This document shows positions 52,301-64,000 of a DNA stretch of 64,000 nt, one piece after another (the first letter of the stretch is position 1; each line of letters opens with the position of its first letter). Both the position numbers and the translations under genes were made by a program. The DNA is from the human T2T-CHM13v2.0 reference genome, Homo sapiens, in NCBI RefSeq assembly GCF_009914755.1, contig NC_060926.1; one strand, given 5' to 3'. The notes beneath the pieces are model-generated. The model did no database searches and was not told the DNA's origin. It was given only the letters and a program-made list of their open reading frames with translations.

Positions 52301-54560
52301 AGCTCCAACACATGGAGCAGCACTGCACAGTCAGTTTTCAATGTGTCTTGCTTTCTATTCAGTACTCTAACGATGTTTGAGACCAGTGGTGCTGTCGGGT
52401 TTTTTTTCTTCTTCTTAAGGGATAGATGTATCACTTGATAGCAATAAAAATTCTTCTAAAGAGGCTTTGTCAAGAAGATAATAAATATGAACACTTCTGA
52501 GGCTTCAGCATGCAAATAGGGAGCGCTAACTAAGAACAGGAGGAAATTCTTCAGTTTTCATTTATTGCCAAAATCTAGATGGTTTATGGGATTCTTTGGA
52601 GTCTATATCTGTATCCAAGAGTAAACTTAGTTGACAAATGAGGCAAATCTTTTTACTGATACCGTGCTTTCAGACTTTTATTTTATAAGTTATATAAACC
52701 ACATCGGGTGGTGTAACCACCCAGTGGGTTCATCTTGGCCACTGCCTAGACAGAGCCAATTGATCAAGATGGGAATTGCAATAGAGAAAGAGTAATTCAC
52801 ACAATGCTGGCTGCGCAGGAGACCAGAGTTTTATTATTACTCAAATCAGTCTCCTCGAGTAGTCAAGGATTGGAGTTTTGAAGGATACTTTGGTAGGTAG
52901 GGGGCAAGTCAATCAGGAGTTCTGATTGGTGAGGCCAGAGATGAAATAATAGGGAGTTGAAGCTGTCCTCTGGGGCTGAGTCAGTTTCTGGGTTGGGGCT
53001 ATAAGACCAGATGAGTCAGTTTATTGATCTGAGTGGTGCCAGCTGATCCATCGAGTCCAGGGTCTGTAAAATATCTCAAGCATTGATCTTAGGTCTTACA
53101 ATACTGATGTTATCCCCAGGAGCAATCTGGGGAGGTTTAGAGTCTTGCAGCCTCCAGCTGCTTGACTCCTATACCATAATTTCTAATCTTGTGGCTAATT
53201 TGTTAGTCTTGCAAAGGCAGTCTAGTCCCCAGGCAGGAAGGGGATTTGTTTTGGGAAAGGGCTGTTATTGTCTTTGTTTCAAAGCTAAGCTATAAACTAA
53301 GTTCCTCCTGAAGTTAGTTCGGCCTACACCCAGGAATGAACAAGGACAGCTTGGAGGTTAGAAGGAAGATGGAGTCAGTTATGTTAGATCTCTTTCACTG
53401 TAATAATTTTCTCAGTTACAATTTTTGTAAAGGTAGTTTCAGTCCCTTTCTTTGGGTTTTGTAACACCTTATTCTTCAGATGTGGGCTATGAAGATGGAA
53501 AAAGGATGAAGACCACTCTAACATCTTCCTGCTGAACAGGGGGCATAGTGGGGTTAGGTATTGACCCCTAGGTAAGAGGAGTAGAACTGCTTTGCAGCTG
53601 TCTGCATGTACTCATAGGTGCCTGGTTGGGGTTTCAAGGCTTACATGACAAGGGTGTTAGTATCCTCATCTATAGTTTTAATGCATTTATAGAACAACAT
53701 ACTATATGGTAAATAATGCATTCTGGGATAAGCAGTGCAATTCCAAGTTTTAAAAGTAAAGATTTGAAAGCATTAGTTTGGGGACTTGTAGCTCACAGAT
53801 AATTTAGAATTTAATCCAAATTGCAGAAAATAATAAAAACTCAAGAACAACTAACAACAGGTGTGCGATAGTTTTTTTTTTTTTGAAGTATAATTTTTCT
53901 CTCACGAGTCCCCAGTTTTACTAAAGATAAATCATAGTAGGTCAAATTTACTTGCAAAATAAATTTTAGCCCTATTATGCTTGGCTTGATTATTTGCATA
54001 AAGTCCAGTAGGAATAATTATTTGCCATATAGGATCTTTTAAAATTGGCTTTGCTGAAACTTTGTTCTACAAGGAATCTCAGATTGTACTTTTAAAGCCT
54101 TGAAGCCCAGTCACAGATTTATGTATGCCTGCAAACACCTTTATGAGTTGAGTGAATTTTCCTCCTCTGAAGGTCCTAAGGTAACTTGGTGCTCCTGGGC
54201 CTGTCAGAAAGTGACATTCTTTATTTACTACAGATCAGGAACCCAGTACACGGACTGTGTAGACAAGGTATGAGGCCAGCTTTCCCTTTATTAGCTCTAT
54301 AAGTCAACTTTGATTATTTAAAGAAAGCATGCCATTCCAGTCAAAGCCTGGTAAAATAACCAGTTTCTCCAGTTGTGCCCTGTTACAAAAGAAATGAGAT
54401 TTTTATTGCAGTTATGCAAAAAACTAGACTGCCATAAGTTGAGAATACTCACAAATAGTTTCTAAATTCTGGAGGAATCAGGTAGAGAGAAAGCAATATG
54501 CTCCAAATTTCATTCATGGGAGTATACTTTACTCAATTGCTAAATGTTCTAAATAACTCA

Positions 54561-54856
<296 letters not shown>

Positions 54857-57800
54857 TCAAAAAAAAAAAAGAAAAGAAAAAGAAGAAGTTTTCTTGACTC
54901 TGAAAAACAAAAGGATTAGCAATGTTTATCACATCAGCTCTCCATAAGTCCTAGAAGTTTGTTTTGTTTCCTCTATTCCAATAACACAATTTCTACATTA
55001 TCAGAGACCTGCATTCAAGAGAACCCATCAGAGCCCTATATCTGATTATAAACTGCCTTCTGAAAAGGATCAAAACAAGACAACTGTCTGTGGATGACAA
55101 AAGTCTTAGGACAGCCACTATTAAAGCTACAACTGACTAGGAATTTTGGTTACTTCTGTGGCACACAACAATTTTACATAATAATTAAAAGGCTTAATAT
55201 ACATTAAATTATATCAGAATTATAGAAGCTTCCTATAATTTTGGAACACATACAAATAACATATTTATAAAAATACAGTCCAAAGAAAGCCAAACATCAT
55301 TTCATATTTGACAGTGTTTCCTGTGTGATTTTTATATAAGAAAGCAAATACATCATTTTTGCACTTTAGGGGACCTAATATCTAAAAGATTAATTAGGTC
55401 AGAAAAAGACATACTTTATAATTTAATTTTGGAAAGTTTGTCACATATCAAAGGTTTACAACACTGGATATCACTAAATAGAATCCCAGGTCACCGTAAG
55501 TCATTCATTTAGCCAAAATGATAACCCAGAAATTTTAAAAAGGAAAAGACCTGTACTCTGATAGAGAGGAGACTCAGCTTTCTAGACAACAAGATCCTAT
55601 GAAGACAGCATGAGGCCAGCTGAATCTGTCTCTTCTCTCTCCCCTCCCTTTTTTTTTTGTAGTTTACTCAAAAGGCAAACAAGATTTGTTTTCATTGTCT
55701 CTAATATTACATAAAAATCTTTTTCAAAAGAGAAAACTAAGTTTCATGTTTGCTTTAGGGCATCTTTAATGCTAAAGCTAGTTTTTAATAAAATTTTATA
55801 AATTTATGCAGTTTTAATTAGTTTGACCATAAGGTAAGATTTTCATAAACTTCTTATAACTCTTTACAATTTTCTGTTAAACAGATCAATTTTTTTAAAA
55901 GAAAACCCTGCTATTCAGACACATGGGCCCAGATTCTGGCTCCACATCAGTGTGCTTTTATTTTAATGTTTGAGCTATAGAAAAATACTAAACAATTCCC
56001 TTCAACTCTTAGCCAACTTGCTGCTTCTCACAGAACTTCCTTTATCAGATCAACCCTTCACAAACCTTTCTAACTTGCTTAAACCTTCAATTTTGTCCCT
56101 TTACTCTTTTAGTTTAAGACATTCTTTAAAACCCTCTTAACTAGACAAAATTACATTCCCTTTAACAAAAACCATATTCCCATGCCTTCTTATAATTTCC
56201 CACCAAAACCACATTCTACTTTCCTTCTATACCTTGCAACCTTGCATGTAAAACTCTTTTTCCAGTGGACTCAAGTACATGTTACACTATTAACTTTTTG
56301 CATCTTTCATTTTTGGTGAAAAGCCTGATAAGTAAATGATTTTAATATATACTAGCTGTGGAGCCTAGGACACCAGACAGAAGTACAAATAAGGTTTGAT
56401 TCTTCCTAGTACAGGTAGGCGGCATGGCTTACGCCACATGTCCCTAGGCCTTATCTAGAACCTAATGACTCCAAAGTAGGTAAGTCAAACAGTTTTCAAA
56501 AGTCAAAGAAGCAGTTTATTACCTTAAAGCATTTTAACAAACCTAATATCTGACCTAATTTAGACCAAATGTTTTGACCAAATGTCTAAATTTTGAAGAC
56601 ATTTTTATTTTACCAGTAATCTTTAAAATTGTCTTTATTTCCGAAAGATTACTAAAGTCACATGAACAAAAACTTAAAGTTTCTATTTTTCTAACAAAAT
56701 ATTTGATTTAAGCCCTTATTTTTACCCCCAATTGTTCAGAGCACTTTCATATATAAACATCACACAAACAGACATGAATATACACAGAAAAGAAGATCCA
56801 GTAGTTGTCAAGATTTTCATTTGTCAATAGTTGGATTACTGGCTTCAGGGTGGAGCCCTTGGAGGAATAGGGTGAGGAAAGCTTGCAGTTTTCAGGGCCT
56901 AATAAGCAGGCACAGCTGGAAGGCAAAAACAGATCCCCAAAATTAAGGGTCCCATTTTTATATCACATCCTGGATCCCCAAAAAGAGGAAAACACTATGG
57001 AAGAAGACAGTACAACGCTTTTACTGTGCATTTTATTGCAAGGCAACCCAAAGCCAATCGGCCCATTTTGTAATCAGCCCATCTACATGGGAGTCTCATC
57101 TCTCAGTGGAAGGTGGGGATGTTTGCACACCTTCCAGATGGCCAAGCATGCTTCTCTAATCCAAGCATGCAAAGAGCCAAGTATCCCTCCATAACAGCCA
57201 ATATCCCTTAAAGTTGCTATACACCAAGGCTAAAGGCTTTCCCATAATGCAAAGTAATTTCTGATACCCCCAAAAGTAAAAAAAAAAAGGTTCAGGTAAC
57301 ATAACGTAAAACCAAACAAAGCCTTAGATTTTGAGAGAGATCTATTCACTTTCAATTCCTGGGGTTCCATGAGGAAAACAGGTTTTTTCCAGAATGGGGT
57401 CTGTGGTGCCACCTCTGTTTTTCCCCAGGAGTCCAGGCTTTTGAAATTCTTAGGTTCTCTCATGTGGGCATCAAGAGCAGCAAAAAGACAAAATGGAGAA
57501 AAATAATTCCGTCAACTGAGAAGAAAAGCCTTTTTCAGAAAAATATGATTCAAGAAGAGGAAAAAGATAAAGGCCTTTTAAGTATGTATAGCTTGGATAT
57601 CCATTTTAATTAAGCTGATTTTAACAGTAGAGCTCTTTTGTTTTTTAAAAAAACTTTTAAAATCTCTTATTCCAGACTCTAGCCAGGAAAGCCAATATTT
57701 TTGGCCTTTGAATTCTACCACAGGTAAGCTCCCAGTGAAATTAATAAGTTTTAACTAAGGTTATAACTTAACCATGGATGCATAAAGTGTCTCAAAGAGA

Positions 57801-58486
57801 CAGTAAACAGTTTCTTTATTTACAAGATTTAGAATCTACCCAAAGATAATTGAGAGAAATAAAAAATTAAGACAGGAAATCAGAAGCCGTCCATAGGGGA
57901 AAATAATCAATAAATGGCAAAAAGTTACACAAATAACAAACCAGAAAGGACTGATTTCCTAAGCGAAGAATTGAACCTAGGCTGCCATTGTCAAAAAAAC
58001 AAAGCCTTAGCTATGGAACTACAACATTAAGCATTTCCTATTGTTCTTCCCAAAAGAGGCCTAGAGTAGCCAATTTTGAGCTTGCAAAGGCTTTAAAGTG
58101 CTTAAGATAATTTTTAGGACTAGCTATGACATGAACCACAAAATCCTTGTCCTCTGGATGGCAGAGACTAAAATAAAGTATCCCCACATGGTCACATGGT
58201 TAAGATTTTAAGGACATAAAACAACATGAGAAACTTCATCCGGTATTGGTTTCAGGGGCCTGCAGCAAAGTTTGTAACTGACAAGCCTGCCAGGCTGGCT
58301 TGAAAAGTAGGGGTTTAGGGGTCCACAGCCCACGTTCTATCCTGTGGCACTGCCGCTCCATTACAGAAAGACAAATTCTTTGCACAAAGTACACCAGATT
58401 TGCTGCAGCCTAATAAGACGAGTTTCACAAATCCTTTTTTTCTATTAATCATACCTTTGCAGAAGAGACTAACAGTGATGTTTACC

Positions 58487-58490
<4 letters not shown>

Positions 58491-58539
<49 letters not shown>

Positions 58540-58561
58540 AGAGAGAGAGAGAAAGAGAGAG
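58491..58561. repeat. Compound microsatellite (AC)~23 followed by (GA)n
   Basis: Directly visible. Confidence 0.97.
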
Positions 58562-59743
58562 CGACCAACTGACCAGAAACCTGGCTGGTAAGAAATTCTT
58601 ACCCTTTTTGACAGCATACCAGGTACCAGGTTTCTGGGCTCCCTTTCTCTGCAACTTTCAGAAGAACAGAGCAGCTTTTGATGACCCTGCTCACCACACC
58701 ATAGCTGTGGGGACCAAGCCCCATTACAAAAGAAAATGATCACTTTCTGTTTTATGGAACCATAGGCAAAAGCTTTCTAGTTTTGCAAGATGCTGCCTGA
58801 TAGTCTGCATGAGGAACTGAATTAACATTTTCCATCCCAGTCTAAGCAAAATACCCGTAACAAAACAGACACTAGTCACCTCATTCCACACCCAGTATTG
58901 ACCTAACAAGGCTCAAACTTTCTCCCATTGGTCTCTGTCATCTTTGATCCACTTAAGGTGAGGAGGGATGACCTCCAACCAGGAATTCAATGAGTGGTCT
59001 CTGGGCAAGACGAAGAGTGGAGAATCACAGAGTCAGGCCTGTTGAGCTTTCATCAGGGCTAACCGAATGCAATTACACTTACAGAGGGTTCTTCAAGTTA
59101 GGCCTGCTGGACTTTGGTTAGCAGTTTCTTCAGAGATCCATTCCACGCATACAAACACACACACAACAAAGACAAGATGGACAGAAGGCCTTCCAAATCA
59201 AGATCCCTTGCCAAGAATTCCAAGAGTATTCCTTCCAAACTAACCTCCTATTCTCCATCTGAGAAATCTCCCCAGAATCTTCCTGATTGAGGAGAAATCT
59301 CTGGAACCAAGACTCTTCTTACTCATTAGGGAGGGCCAGCTGAGACCTTGAAGGAGCCAAACCTATCAGGAGAAGGGAGGAGGTGTTGGCAGCTCCTAGA
59401 ATACCCACCAAATCAGACACCGATAATGGGGCTACAGCTACAGACACTCCAAGATTGGGCTACAGACAGAGACACACCCTGCAATACGGCTCCAGTTACA
59501 GACACCCTGTGGTGGAGCTACAGACAGACATCCTACCATGGGGCTACAGTTATGAAATGTCTCCGCAGGACTATTTCTCTATTGCAATTAAATTCATGCA
59601 CATTGGGCTGGCAGTGACCTGCCAGTAGAGACAGTGCCCGAGTCAGCCCCTAATCCAAGAGAACTAGGTGGCTGCTTGGGCTGGCCTCTGGATCCATCAA
59701 AGGAGAGGGGCTACCGAACCACGGGCAGGTAGCCACAAAGGCA

Positions 59744-59761
59744 ATCCCAGACCAGCCCCCA
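59744..59761 (-). other. Retroviral primer-binding site, tRNA-Pro
   Basis: Minus strand TGGGGGCTGGTCTGGGAT versus canonical TGGGGGCTCGTCCGGGAT (16/18, both differences at CpG), 4 nt from the 5' LTR. Confidence 0.88.
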
Positions 59762-60484
59762 AATTTGTAACCACCTAACGGGCTCACCTTGCCCACTGCC
59801 TAGACAGAGCCAATTGATCAAGACAGGGAAATTGCACTAGAGAAAGAGTAATTCACATAGAGCCAGCTGTGTGGGAGACCAGAGTTTTTTTTATTACTAA
59901 AATCAGAGAATTTGGGAATCTGAATTTTTAAGCATAATTCTGTGGGTAGGGGGGACAGTGCATTAGGAGTTCTGATTGGTCAGTTCAGAGATGAAATCAT
60001 AGGGAGTTGAAACTGTCCTCTTGCACTGAGTCAATTCCTGGGTTGAGGCCACAAGACCAGATGAGCCAGTTTATTGAGCTGGGTGGTGCTAGCTGTTCCA
60101 TCGAGTGCCGGGTCTGTAAAATACCTCAAGCATTGATCTTAGGTCTTACAATACTGATGTTATCCCCAGGAGCAATTTGGAAAAATTTAGAATCTTGCAG
60201 TCTCCAGCTGCATGACTCCTAAACCATGATTTCTAATCTTGTGGCTAATTTGTTAGTCCTGCAAAGGCAGTCTAGTCCCCAGGAAGGAAGGGGGTTTGTT
60301 TTGGGAAAGGGCTGTTATTGTCTTTGTTTCAAAGCAAAACTATAAATTCCTCCTAAAGTTAGTTCAGCTTACACCCAGGAATGAAAAAGGACAGGCTGGA
60401 GGTTAGAAGCAAGATGGAGTCATCAGATCTCTTTTCACTGTAATAATTGTCTCAGTTATAATTTTTGCAAAGGTGGTTTCAGTG

Positions 60485-60725
60485 GCAGTATATAATGTTT
60501 AAGAAATATGGTTTAGGAATCAAAGTGGGTTCAGATATAGGCATGGCCATCTACTGGCTGTAGGACTCTGGGAATTCTACCTAAAATATGTTAGTCTTAA
60601 CTTCCTCATATGTGGAATGGGAAGAATAATATTATTTACCTCATAGGTTATTTTGAGAATTTAGTGACATAACATAGGAAGTGTTTAGTACAGTGATTTC
60701 AGATAGGAAACACTCAATAGATACT
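60485..60725 (+). mobile_element. MIR
   Basis: ttcctcatatgtggaatgggaagaataatattatttacctcataggttattttgagaatt core. Confidence 0.7.
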
Positions 60726-61037
60726 GTATTACTCAAGTTTTGATAACTATTTAAAATTCCATGTGTGGAGCCCATATGTATATAGAAGCTTGCTCAACTG
60801 CTGTGGTGTAGGGACTGTAACACAATTTGTAAAACTTACTCGTGACTACTCTGAAGGCTAATCATTCACAAGGAACCAAACAGGATGTTTATCATGTGGG
60901 CAGAAAGCACGCTTGCTCAGCTCCAACTGACTTACATTGTTTTGTAAGTCCGTGTTGTAGGAGGAAAGTATACTGGGTTAGACAGACAATGGTTTTGTCC
61001 AGAATATGGCTTCTATTGATCATTTTGATATTGGTCT

Positions 61038-61648
61038 TATAGGGGCCAAGGGAAGACTTCCTCACTCTCTGAAAGTTTGCTGAAAATAAACTGACAAGAG
61101 GCAGATTAATATGAGAAAATGCATACAGATGTATTAACGGGAATAGGGGAGAATCACAGAGTGATTACCCACCAGACAAATGGTACACAGATGGTTATAT
61201 ACCCTTCTTAAGGGAGACGGAGATGGAGAAGTGTGGATATTTTGGTGGGGGGGTGGGGCGGTAAATGATTTTAGGGGAATTTAATGGCCTTGAAGAACAT
61301 ACAATGGCCTGGGACAAAGTCTGTTAGGTCTGCAAAACAAACAATGGTTTGGGACAAGTCTGTCCAGTTGTGTTGACAGACTGCAGCCCTTCTTCCTGTG
61401 ATAGGAGTTTAGTTAATGAAAAACTCAGGGAAGGGATCACAGGTAATTGTTTTCTTTGGTGGGTCTAGGCTTTAGGCAGATAAATGAATTTCAGAGAACA
61501 GCTTCATCCTGGGCTATGGGAGAGACAGAGGATTAAGAGATGGGGGTTGGGGGTATCAGAGAGACCTTGATTCTTCTTCAGTTCAACATGTCAACATGGG
61601 GTATATGAACCCAGTTCAACATGGGGTATATGTTTCTGTACCCCAACA
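61038..61648 (-). mobile_element. MER39 solo LTR
   Basis: Matches recalled MER39 in reverse (cttgaagaacatacaatggcctgggacaaagtctgtt; gttaatgaaaaactcagggaaggga). Flanks GTCT/GTTT are a possible 4-bp TSD. Confidence 0.78.
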
Positions 61649-61896
61649 GTTTCATTAGAACTATTTTTCTTAACAATAAATAAAAAGATCTCCTTGCTGA
61701 GTTGCATGGTAGCAGAACTCTCCTTCTGCCACTGAACGCACTTTGCATCCTTGATATTTAAAACTACGCTAAAACTAAATCAATCACAGTAATGATGGAA
61801 GGAGAACTAATGTTATTTGTTATATGTGCGCAAGGCAGCAGTTTTGACTAACCAATTTTATTAATGAGGAAAACAGAGGCTTTTAAAAGTTAAATA

Positions 61897-63434
<1,538 letters not shown>

Positions 63435-64000
63435 AACAGGTGCATGGCCACACAGCTAGCAAGAATTTCAACCAGGTTTGTCAATAGCAATCACTCAGCC
63501 TAGAAAAGCTTTTCTGGTCTCTTTTTTTATCCTAAGGTAAAGAACATATACTTTGGAGAGGATTTTCTCTTTGTCAAATCCCCACTTTTGGGAAGAATTA
63601 TTTGCTAGATGATGCCCTAATAGAACCCACTTTCCAGGTTGTTTCTAAAAGCATTTTTGGTTAAAAAATTAAATGATGCTACTACTACTATAATGAAATT
63701 AGCTCAGGAAGACAAACTCTTAGGCTACACAACAGCCTTCTCAGCCCTTTTGGTTTGGAGTTTTGGGGCTGGCTTTCGAGCTCCGTGGAAGGCCTGATAC
63801 AGAGAGAGGTCTAGTTTAAAAGGCTGAGAGAAGCAACTTCTGGTTTGTTCCTTGTCGGAAATTCTTTTAGATCCATTCCAAGTTCAGGAGAACCTTATGA
63901 ATATGCAAATATACAAGAGATCCCTCACCAACCGAAGACCTTTTTAAATTCTTCAATTAGAAAATACTCCAATAACATATTGTGAATTGGTGGGTTCTTG

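Noticed and set aside
59425-59555. CRISPR-like repeat array
   Set aside because: Units are degenerate and nearly contiguous, with no unique spacers of constant length, and lie inside an ERV leader.
60181-60185. APOBEC3 hypermutation (GGAGG versus AAAAA between the LTRs)
   Set aside because: The provirus is on the minus strand, so the change is C-to-T in viral sense, the wrong polarity, and it is a single isolated cluster.

Overview
Human (or closely related ape) genomic DNA, not prokaryotic. The window is an internal part of the + strand gene MYO3B (myosin IIIB), recognised from memory of the protein. Seven coding exons of the myosin motor domain (5290-5416, 6581-6791, 7948-8095, 9347-9500, 10645-10733, 12815-12944, 49048-49127) splice into one open frame of 939 nt (313 codons), including switch II (DIFGFE), the relay helix and loop 2. 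The rest is intron dominated by transposable elements: about 30 Alus, old L1M/L2/MIR, Tigger/Charlie/piggyBac DNA-transposon relics, several solo LTRs (MER21, MLT1, LTR10F, MER41B, MER39 and others) and a complete 7.8-kb LTR8A-flanked non-coding ERV with TSD, PBS and PPT. I see no evidence for a wholly new biological system. The most notable sequence-level observations are a hidden L1PA 3' transduction with a 17-bp TSD, a GC-AG intron that also has a NAGNAG acceptor and a MER85, a recursive-splice-type exon start, two local templated insertions inside Tigger3b copies, a near-consensus CTCF site, and LTRs retaining STAT (GAS) and AP-1 motifs. Repeat family names come from recalled consensus sequences, were not database-checked, and boundaries of old repeats are approximate.
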